Of a stretch of DNA of 64,000 nt, positions 39,750 through 50,289 are shown in pieces. Where the stretch lies: NCBI RefSeq assembly GCF_036971445.1, contig NC_091471.1, forward strand, positions 277,946,001 to 278,010,000. Reading direction: 5' to 3'. Position 1 is the first letter of the stretch, and each line of letters opens with the position of its first letter. The DNA is from Narcine bancroftii (lineage: Eukaryota). Below the pieces are notes generated by a model. The model saw only the letters and a program-made list of their open reading frames with translations, was not told where the DNA came from and searched no databases. The position numbers and the translations under genes are program-made.

Positions 39750-39925
39750 GGGTGGCACAGTTAATGTAGCGGTTATCACAGCGCTATTACAACACCAGCA
39801 ACCCAGGTTGCTATGTTTTCCCTGTGACTGCATGGTTTCTTCTGGATGCTCCAGTTTCTTCCCACCCTTCAGAAACCTACAGGGATTGTAGGTTAATTGG
39901 AGTGTTTGGACCAGAAAGGTCTGTC
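39750..39925 (+). mobile_element. HE1/V-SINE-type SINE
   Basis: Same head and core as the 22519 copy (gggtggcacagttaatgtagcggttatcacagcgctattac...tgctccagtttcttcccacccttc). Confidence 0.75.
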
Positions 39926-41639
39926 ACCTTGCTGCAAGTCTAAATTTAAAAAAAGAATCAATCTCTTTGATACCGAAAGCAGTAGTGCAAATATTTAACA
40001 AATCCAATACTGAAAAGAGCATCTTTGTAGGTTTTTTTGAAATCATTAATTCAGATGAAAATAAATCATCAGGCCTTGCAAGATTTTTCATTGTGTAGTC
40101 ACTGAAGTATCTTGATATAAATTGTAGATTACCATCAGAGATATAAATCGACATAGGGAACAAAACCTGGAATTCAAATATATAGTGTCTATTAAGACTG
40201 TCCGAGACAATGAAGGTTTATTGAGAACATTCTCGTAGCCATTTATGGACCGGATATTGCTATGCAAGAGTTGGTTGCTGAGAAAATCATCACCTCGGTA
40301 GCTGCTGGTTCCATTGGCGAGCTCAATTGTCCAATCCAAGGCCACCAGGCTGGGAGAGAGCAAGTCATCAGCTTCCAATCCAGTTTAAAAAAATGAAGCA
40401 GCAAAAATAAAAGAGTATCGAAAACATCAGGAAGCTAGAGGGGCGACTTCAGCCTTCTCGTCAAGAGGACACGTTTGGAGATCTGGTAGAAGTGATTTGA
40501 TACATTTTGTTATTCTCAGTCATTCTTCCCAGCATTAAATGATGTGACGTAAATATTCATCTGCCTGCTTGTGTATTGGTTCCAAAGCAGCTCAGCAAGT
40601 GAGCATTTTTCAGTTTGTTCTCTCGGCTGGAGCTGTGCACGGGGAGGCGTGGAAGCCACAGTGGTATGTGGTTCATGAAAGCTGTTCCATTATTTTGGCT
40701 CACTATCTCAGAACTAAATCTTGGGCAGTAAAGGATACAGAAGAGACTGATGACACTGGGTCAGGGACAACATGGATGTCCCAAGTGAAAGTTTGCATAA
40801 AGAACTGTGACACGACAGGGCAACAGATGAGTGTGCTGGAACCAACATGTCTGGAAGAGGGAGATAATCACCAGGTCTCCGGAAAATAACAACTTGACCC
40901 TTTACAGTTTGACAGAGGCCTTTATTGTTGCTTGTATATGATCTGAAATAGCTATGTAATTTCTTTGATGTTTCGAGATATAACACAGTGGAAATATCCA
41001 GGATATACCCTGCTGGCCAAGATTTTACTCCTTGTTCCAATAACAACAGGATCTCTCTCTCCTTCAGAGTCAACTTTACATTTAATAATTCCACAATTAG
41101 GATAACATTTAGATAATGAAACTGCAAAGAACAGACCTAATATCAACTGTAAGTCTTACACAATCTCAAAGTCCCAGAACACTTCACAGCCCTGTTAAAC
41201 ATTTTAGATTATTCTCCATATCGCAAAGAGTAATGAAAGTGGTCAATTTGTATACAGCAAGTTCCAGTCGACATCACCACAAGTCAGGTTATCTATTTCA
41301 CTGATATCAACTAGGGATGACCCAGTCACCAGGGGTATGATGTTTTGTTCAATAAATAACTTTCCATGCCAAAGGCTCGATATCAATTCTGACAACTCCT
41401 CACATCCGCTTCTGGGCCATGACACCACAACTAAACATCAGGCTCTCCCCAGGCCGTCACTGCCATCGGTTCCCCGGAGATCTTCCCTCCACTGCCTCCA
41501 GCCTTATAGTCACAGATGCCCAGTAGCCCCCATTGTTTCAGCCAGGTTTTATTAGTTTCTCCAGCAAATGCCAAGAGGTTGGAGGGACTCAGCAGAGCAG
41601 GCTGATTCTTCTCTCCATGGATGCTGACTGACTCAGTGT

Positions 41640-42090
41640 CAGATTTATTGCCAAAGTACATACATGACATCATATACATTCCTGAGGGTGAGGAAAAATT
41701 ACCACTTACTGGCAGTGCAAAAAAAAACTACAAACAAGAAAACAAATAAAGAACTGTGAACAGATAACGTATGTAAACAAATTGTGCAAACGAAGAGAGA
41801 GAACTTAAAAAAACAATAAAGTGCATGAGTAAGAGTCCTTAATGAGTTTGTTGTTGAGGAGTCTGATGGTGGAGGGAGAGCAGCTGTTCCTGAACCTGGT
41901 AGTGCTAGTCTTGTGGCACTGATACCTCTTTGCTGATGGTAGCAGTGAGAACAGAGCATGTGCTGGCTGATGTGAATCCTTCATTGATGCTACTCTCCGA
42001 TGGCAGCATTCCCTGGAGATGTTCTTGATGGTGGGGAGGGTTTTGCAAGTGATGTCCACTACCTTTTGCAGGGCTTTATGCTCAGGTTCA
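41640..42090 (-). mobile_element. Rex1/Babar LINE 3' end
   Basis: EHKALQKVVDIT...PAHALFSLLPSAKRYQ...RFRNS. Confidence 0.8.
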
Positions 42091-42747
42091 GCTCCCACCA
42101 GCTTCTCAATGTTTGCTCAAGTTTTCAGCAGTTACAGTTTACCTTTCTCTTGCAGCGCATGGGAGATTATCCTTGTTTCGGGTAACTCCCTCCCCTCTCT
42201 CTTCCCATTTCTTCTTTACCCTTCACAGTACTTGGTTCTCCACTGTCAAGGAGAGCAGCCTCCCGGGCTGGAGCAGGGACCTTGGGCTCCTAGGCTGGAG
42301 CGGGGATAGCGGTCGGTTGGTGTCGGGGATCGCTGAGGGCTGATACAAGTATTTTGCTGATGCTATTAGGGCTGCTTAAAGCCATTATTCAGTCATTCGA
42401 AAAAATCCAGTTAACCGAAAAACGTCCGGTCCCAACCTTTCTGTTATGGGGAAGTGTACCGTACCAGTTTAGCCTTCTAACAGAATGTGGGAGAGGTGGA
42501 TATAAAATAAGATGCCTTTCTCACTTTAAAATCAAATGAAAACTTTATCATTTGCTCATTAAAAACTAGGGTTTAGGTGAGTAAGAGGGACAAGGACAAC
42601 TAAAATTGGAGATTTGTGAAAGGGACGTGGAAGAAATTAAGCTCCAGACTGGCTGACAATGCAGGGTGTATGTAGGTGGAAAGGCAATGGGAGCGTGGGG
42701 CAAAGATATCTATCTCTCCCACATTCTAGTAGAAGGTTAAACTGGTA

Positions 42748-43109
42748 CAGTACATTTCCCCAAGAGGAGAATCAAGTGCAGTGGAGGATAAAGAGAGGGG
42801 AGGGAGTTACCTGAAATGGAGGCAATCTCCCCATGCGCTCCCTGACCTGCTGACTTCCTCCATTCGCTCGCTGACGGCTCGAGATTCCAGGCTGCTTCTC
42901 TGAGCCAACATCCAGCCATTCAGCATGTGTCTTCCTGCCTGGTTCTGAGCTCTGTTGTTACCAAACTGCCGCTAACAGCACTTCAGAGACCCACATGGGC
43001 ACATTGAGTGGGAAAATGTCAATTTATGAAATCACGTTGCCACAAAAATAAAAATTTGGATAATTGAACTTTTTGTTTAACCGAATTTCAGATATGGGGA
43101 AATGTACTG
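42748..43109. mobile_element. Tc1/mariner (pogo/Tigger-like) MITE, 362 bp
   Basis: Perfect 15-bp TIRs CAGTACATTTCCCCA / TGGGGAAATGTACTG. They are flanked by TA on both sides once the RTE insertion is removed (TA at 42746-47 and 46504-05). Confidence 0.75.
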
Positions 43110-43110
43110 T

Positions 43111-46100
43111 CTTTCTTCTTTGGCTTGGCGGATGAAGATTTATGGAGGGGTATGTCCACGTCTGCTGCAGGCTCATTGGTGACTAACAAGTCCGATGTGG
43201 GAGAGGCAGGCACGGTTGCAGCGGTTGCAAGGGAAAATTGGTTGGTTAGGGTTGGGTGTTGGGTTTTTCCTCCTTTGTCTTTTGTCATTGAGGTTGGCTC
43301 TGCGGTCTTCTTCAAAGATGCACGGTTGGAGGGGATATCAGCCCACTGGCGATAGTCAATGGCAGGCACCAAGAGATTTCTTTAAGCAGTCCTTGTACCT
43401 CTTCTTTGGTGCACCTCTGTCTCGGTGGCCAGTGGGGAGCTCGCCATAGAACACGAACTTGGGAAGGCGATGGTCCTCCATTCTGGAGACGTGACCCACC
43501 CAGCGCAGTTGGGTCTTCAGCAGCATGGATTCGATGCTTGCGGACTCTGCCAGCTCGAGTACTTCGACGTTGGTGATGAAGTCATTCCAATGAATATTGA
43601 GGATGGAGCGGAGACAGCGCTGATGGAAGCGTTCTATGAGCCGTAGGTGATGCCGGTAGAGGACCCATGATTCGGAGCCGAACAGGAGCGTGGGTATGAC
43701 AATGGCTCTGTACACGCTGATCTTTGTGTGTTTCCAGACTCTTTCGGGTAGTCTTTCAAAGCCACTATTTGCCTTGGCGAGTCTGTTGTCTATCTCTTTG
43801 TCGATCCTTGCATCAGATGAAATGGTGCAGCCGAGATAGGTAAACCGGTTGACTGTTTTGAGTTCTGTGTGCCCGATGGAGATGTGTGGGGGCTGGTGGT
43901 CATGGTGGGGAGCTGGCTGATGGAGGACCTCAATTTTCTTTAGGGTGACTTCCAGGCCAAACATTTTGGCAGTTTCCGCAAAACAAGATGTCATGCGCTG
44001 GAGAGCTGGCTCTGAATGGGCAACTAAAGCGGGATTGTCTGCAAAGAGTAGTTCATGGACAAGTTGCTCTTGTGTCTTGGTGTGAGCTTTCAGGCACCTC
44101 AGATTGAAGAGACTGCCATCCGTGCGGTACCGGATGTAAACAGCGTCTTCATTGTTGAGGTCTTTCATGGCTTGTTTCAGCATCATGCTGAAGAAGATAG
44201 TAAAGAGGGTTGGTGCGAGAACGCAGCCTTGCTTCACGCCGTTGTCAATGGAGAAGGGTTCAGAGAGCTCATTGCTGTATCTGACCCGACCTTGTTGGTT
44301 TTCGTGCAGTTGGATAACCATATTGAGGAACTTGGGGGGGCATCCGAGGCGCTCTAGTATTTGCCAAAGCCCTTTCCTGCTCACGGTGTCAAAGGCTTTG
44401 GTGAGGTCAATAAAGGTGATGTAGAGTCCTTTGTTTTGTTCTCTGCACTTTTCTTGGAGCTGTTTGAGGGCAAAGACCATGTCAGTAGTTCCTCTGTTTG
44501 CGCGAAGCCGCACTGTGATTCTGGGAGAACATTCTCGGCGACACTAGGTATTATTCTATTTAGGAGAATCCTAGCGAAGATTTTGCCTGCAATGGAGAGC
44601 AGCGTGATTCCCCTATAGTTTGAGCAGTCTGATTTCTCGCCTTTGTTTTTGTACAGGGTGATGACGATGGCATCACAAAGGTCCTGAGGCAGCTTTCCTT
44701 GGTCCCAGCAGAGCATGAAAAACTCATGCAATTTGGTATGCAGAGCTTTGCCGCCAGCCTTCCAGACCTCTGGGGGGATTCCATCCATACCTACTGATTT
44801 GCCATTTTTCCAGTTGTTCAATTGCCTTGTATGTCTTTTCCCGGGTAAGGACCTCATCCAGGTCTAGACTCAAGGGTTGTTGAGGGAGCTAGAGCAGGGC
44901 GGATTCTTGGACTGAGCGGATGGCACTGAAAAGGGATTGGAAGTGTCCTGACCATCGATTAAGGATGGAGATCTTGTCGCTGAGGAGGACTTCACCGTCT
45001 GAGCTGCGCTGAGGGCTTTGGACTTGGGTGAGGGGCCGTACACTGCCTTTGGTGTCTCATAAAAACCCCTGAAGTTGCCAATGTCGGCGCTAAGCTGGGT
45101 TCATTTGGCGAAGCTAGTCCACCACTCATTTTGGATCTCCCGGAGTTTGCGCTGAAGATGGCTGCAAGCGAGACGGAAGGCTCGTTTTTTCTCTGGCCAG
45201 GAAGGCTTTGCAAGGTGAGCCTGGTTGGCAGATCGCTTTAAGCCCAGTATCTCTTCAGTGGATTGCAGTATGGTCGTTTTCAGCTGATCCCAGAGGGTTT
45301 CAGAAGACGTGTCCGTGAGGCAGTTTACATCCTTGAGCTTTGCTTGGAGGGTTTGCCTGGAAGTTTCGTCTCAGTACGTCTGACTGCAAGTTTCCAACAT
45401 TGAACCTCTTTCTGGGGCTCCAATGTTCTTGAAATTTGGCTTGAAGTGAAGGTTGAGCTTACAGTAAACAAGCCGGTGGTCAGTATGGCATTCTGCGCTG
45501 GGCATGACCCTGGTGTGGAGCACATCTCGTTTGTCTCTTTCTCGCACCAGAACGCAGTCCAGGAGGTGCCAGTGTTTGGATCGGGGATGCATCCAGGTAG
45601 TCTTCAGGCTGTCTCTCTGCTGGAAAAGGGTGTTAGTAATGACAAGCCACTGTTCTGCGCAGAGTTCCAACAGGAGGCACCTGTTGTCATTGCACTTGCC
45701 GACACCATGCTTGCCAAGGATTCCTGGCCAGGTTTCTGAGTCTTTGCCGACGCGAGCATTGAAGTCGCCAAGGATGACAACCTTGTTGCTGTAGGGGTGC
45801 GTTGGATGAGGTTGCGCAGATCAGTGTAGAACTTGTCCTTTTCTGCTGGTTCCGCCTGGAGGGTTGGAGCATAGACACTGATGAGGGTGATGTGACGCTT
45901 GTTTTGAAGGGGGAGTCGCATGGACATGATCCGGTCAGAGTGGCCTGTCGGGAGGTTTTCGAGTTTGGAGGCAATGGAGTTCTTGACCATGAAGCCAACA
46001 CCAGATAGGCGTCATTCAACCTGAGGCTTGCCAGACCAGTAGAGTGTGTAGCCCGCGCCGTGTTCTTGGAGGCTGCCTACATCTGCAAGGCGGACTTCGC

Positions 46101-46491
46101 TGAGAGCGGCTATGTCGATGTCGAGTCTGAGGAGTTCATGTGCGATGTTCAGGTCGGTGGCTGTCAGCCTTGTCGAGCATGGTTCTGATGTTCCAGCATG
46201 CTAGCTTGAGTTTGTGTGCATCTTTTGAGGGGGAGGACGTGGACCTGTCCTCGGGCCTGCGCAAAGGAGCTTTTAGGTAGAGTGCAGTGTGCGCAGTACT
46301 GGCCCCACCCTTCACACCCATGGTTCGTGTGCCGTGGCCAAGCAAGCTGGGATGTGGCAGCGAGGTCCTTGGGTCGTAGGTTTTATATCGGAGTGACCTT
46401 CTCCTATGCAGGTTGCTTAACCGGGCTGAAGAGGCCTGCCTCCCCTTTTAGGTCGAACCAATTCTGGAGATCTACGACAGCGGTCGACAGC
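43111..46491 (-). mobile_element. Essentially full-length RTE-clade LINE (3.4 kb), frameshifted
   Basis: Endonuclease ([32 protein letters not shown]), RT (NYRGITLL, DLTKAFD, GVKQGC, FADN) and a short 3' UTR with an (AAG)-like tail. Perfect 13-bp TSD GGAAATGTACTGT at 43098-43110 and 46492-46504. Confidence 0.96.
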
Positions 46492-46833
46492 GGAAATGTA
46501 CTGTAATAAGTTAGCAATGGGCCTTCATAAACAGAATGTGTAGATTAAGCAGCAGATGCAGTTGATACGTGCACCAAACCTAAAGACCCAAAACATTGAT
46601 GAATATTTCCAGCACTTTTAAATGTTATTACACACAACTCTCTTCTACTTCTCTTTCTCTGACTGTAAGAGGCGCTTCAGGCAATTTCTGCCGATAGTGT
46701 ATCTGTCTGCCTTACAGCAGGCAAAAGCAACTTCATGTAATATGACACTTTTTATGACATTAAATTGAATCTTGACTTATTAAATAACAGTGACCCAATC
46801 TTGCAGATAGATCCTTCTGGCATTCTAATATAT

Positions 46834-47504
46834 TGTTACGAGCCTAGAGGACCTATAAACCCAGCAGCAATAGATATTCACCAAGACAAATTGTTACTTA
46901 AACAAAAGTTGCTTTGCCTGTAAACTCCTCCTGTTGAAAGTTGTGACTAAATCTGACTTTAAAATGCTCCAAATTGAGGACATCTACAGGAGAGACTGCC
47001 TTGCTTTCAATTTCAATAAGATTCTACCTGCATTGAATTCACCCATCGTTATTGAATGAAGATCTACTGGGAGCAATGCCTGAAGAGGGCGCACAAAATC
47101 AGTGAACCGGTGCGGACTCGAAAGGCCAACATGGCTTGTTTCCACTCCGTAAATGGTTATATGGTTAATTATCTTTAAACTTGAAAACAGAATCAAACTA
47201 TAACTTTTCTCTATTGACTTACTTAACCCCTTTCTAATACTAAGCGCATGTGCATGTAATGAGTGTGTAAGTTCAGTAAAGTTATTTGATTCACAGTCCA
47301 ATCTTACTTCTCATTCCTCCAAGTTCACTGGTTGCAGGCAATTCTTATACTGTGCCCAGAATTTAACTTTCATGAAGTTAATGAAGTTCACCAGGCTTTG
47401 GTGCTTGAAAGGTAAAAGGTAACTGATCAAAAAGGTTGTTGTCCATTTTCAGAGAGATTTGTTGTTCCTTTTTAATCACCCACTTCAGTGTCTTGCTGAC
47501 GAAA

Positions 47505-47581
<77 letters not shown>

Positions 47582-47839
47582 CTCTCTCTCTCTCTTTCCT
47601 CCAGACATAGCGGCTCCAACATGGTCTTTATCTGTTGCCTTTTGTAAACAACAATCCATTAGTGAAGTCTCTTGAGCACTCCTCAAAGCTCTTGCAAAAG
47701 CTGTGTAGCCAATAGGTCTAGCATGGGGCAGAGCTCCAGTATTTTAAATAAGATATGTTTTAAAGTGTTTCTTTGTAATCTACTCTAACACACCTTTCCC
47801 AATTTATCTCCCAAAAACATATCTATATACTCTGTCATA
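46834..47839 (-). mobile_element. Solo LTR-like repeat, copy 2 (inverted relative to copy 1), with ~250-bp insert and (TG)n
   Basis: The reverse complement matches 8318-9401 (e.g. cagcagcaatagatattcaccaagacaaa; cccaatttatctcc). The insert at ~46917-47166 ends in a CR1-like atggttat tail. Confidence 0.75.
47508..47579. repeat. (GT)36 microsatellite
   Basis: Read directly. Confidence 0.98.
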
Positions 47840-48364
47840 ATAAGAATAAATGTTACATGCAGCAAGTTCTTAGTACAAATAATTCTTCCCTCCTGTGGTT
47901 ATTTTCCATGTTTACCTGACAATATTTCATCAGTAAGACTGATGAAAAGGTTTCCCCACTCAGTGTTGCAGGCACCCTCCAACTTGTGCTCAAAGTCCTA
48001 GGTTATTCCATCAAATTTGAATGGCTTAAAAGCATTTGCAAACAAAAAGTTTAATTTTACCAGAATTCAGCACTGTTTAAACCCTGGAGTTTAGTGGAGC
48101 AAACAGTGAAGTTTTCCTTTGATACGAAAATGACAAAGACAGGAAACTAACAGGAAGAATGCAGGAAGGGACCAAAGGAAGGTCACAAACAAACAAAAGG
48201 ATAAATGAGCAGCAGGTGCATTTTAGATCCAAAGGGTGACAAAATACTTTTGGAATAAAAGATTTTTAATATGTGCAATTACTTAGTGGCTGAGTAAGAT
48301 GAGAGAATCTGGGACAGTTATTCACAGAGTGCAGAACGTTAAGAGGAGCACTCGTTGTCAAAGG

Positions 48365-49640
48365 GTTAACATAGAATTACACTCGGCCCTTTGTCCCACA
48401 ATGTTGTGCCTACTCAAAAAAAAATTCTCCCCACCTCATAACCTATTTTACTTTCATTCACGTGGAAGTTGCTTAAATGCCCCTATAGTTCCAGCCTCCA
48501 CCACCATCCCTGGCAATGCATTCCAGGCACCCACAACTCTCTGGGTGTAAAAAATATATCCCTGATGTCTCCCCTAAACGTTCCACCCTACACTTTGTAC
48601 TGATGACCCCTGGGGTTTGCTATTCCTGCCTTGGGGAAAAGTGCTGACTGTTTACTTTTATCTATGCCTCTTGTAATCTTATAGACCTCCATTAGGTTAC
48701 CTCTCATCCATAGAGAAAAACCCCAGCTCTGCTAACATTCCTGCATAAGACACATTTTCTAATCCAGACGACACCCTGGTAAATCTCCTCTACACCTCTC
48801 CATAGCTTCCACGTCCTTCCTGTAATGAGGTGACCAGAACTAAACACAATATTCTATGTGGTCTCACCAGAGCTGCAACATTACCTCATGACTCAAGAAC
48901 TCAAATCCCCCGACTAATGAAGTCCATGGGCCTTTTTAAACTTTCTATTCAACCTGCGTGGCAACCTTGATAGATCTATGGTTTTGGACTCCAAGGTCCC
49001 TCTGTTCTTCCACACTGTTAAGAATTCTACCATTAACCATGTCCTCTGTCTTCAAGTTTGACCTTCCAAAATGCATCACCTCACACTTATCTGGAATGAA
49101 CTCCATCTGCCACTTCTCTGCCCAGCTCTGTATCTTATCTATATCCTTTTGTAACCTACGACAAGCTTCAACACCACAACACCTCTAATCTTTGTATCAT
49201 CTGCACTTACTGACCCATCCCTCTATTTCTTCATCAAGGTCATTTATAGAAATCACAAAGAGCAGGGGTCCCAGAACAAATTCCTTTGGACCTCCTGGCA
49301 GAATAGTTACCATTCACTACTACTCTCCACTTTCTACAAGCAAGACAATTCTGAATCCACAGAGCCAAGGTTCCATGGATCCCATGATTCATGACTTTCT
49401 GAACGAGTGTCTCATGGGGGACTTTGCTAATACCTTACGAAAATCCAAATAGACCACATCTACTGCCTCCTTACATCAATTTATTTTATTACCTCCTCAT
49501 AAAAACTCAATTAGGTTCTTGAGGCATGACCTTCCCCTCACAAAGCTTTGCTGACTACCCTGAGAAGACTGTGTTTCTCTAAATGCTCGTAAATTCTGTC
49601 CTCTCCAATAATTTGCCCACTCACTGGTCTATAATTCCCA
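48365..49640 (-). mobile_element. CR1 LINE RT-3' fragment
   Basis: The reverse complement encodes WAEKWQMEF and DLGVQ, and parallels the 26680-29420 copy. Confidence 0.85.
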
Positions 49641-49649
49641 AGCACAAAT

Positions 49650-50230
49650 TGAAGTCAAGTCACCTTTATTTATCGTTCATATCATGATCACACAGTAAAA
49701 ACGAGATAGCGTTTCTTCAGGACCATGGAGCATATTTACATGAATACAAGTTACAAGTTAAACATTAAAAATATTAAGACGTATACAGTAAAAGACCACG
49801 GAACACTATCCACAAATGTTCTGGGAGTTCAGGAGTTTGATGGCTTGGGGGGAAAAAGCTGTTGCCCAATCTAGACAAGGGCCCGAGTGCTACAGTAACT
49901 CCTACCAGATGGCAGTTTACATGAAGGGTGTGAGGAGTCCATCACAACGTTTAATTTCTTTCCCCTGTATCTTTTCCACTAACTTCACCATCCTCTGGCA
50001 GTCTGAGGAGGTACAGCTTTCAAACCAGGTGGTGATGCAGTTGATACATCCGGTGTAAAATATTGTGAGGATGGAGGGTGGGAGATGAACTTTCCTCAGA
50101 CCTCACAGGAAGTAGAGGCTCTGCTGGACTTTCTTGGCTATGGAACTGGTGAGTTTCTCCACCAAGTGCACTCAAAGGAACTTGATACTTTTGATGACCT
50201 CAACGGTGGAGCCGTCAATGGTTGACAGAG
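49650..50230 (-). mobile_element. Rex1/Babar LINE 3' fragment
   Basis: Minus-strand IKFL...KKVQQSLYFL*GLRK...TIFY remnants, with a 3' UTR carrying aataaaggtgacttgactt. Confidence 0.65.
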
Positions 50231-50289
50231 ATTTGGAGATTAGAAAATTTCCAGGTTGACAGTTAAAAACTTTCATCTTTAAAAAGATC

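Noticed and set aside
43356-44513. 385-aa RT ORF as a domesticated or active gene
   Set aside because: The catalytic FADD is mutated to FADN, the element has several frameshifts, and it is a TSD-flanked RTE copy.
8318-47839. The two LTR-like repeats as the ends of one giant provirus
   Set aside because: They are inverted, ~37 kb apart, lack an adjacent PBS/PPT or internal genes, and enclose host exons.
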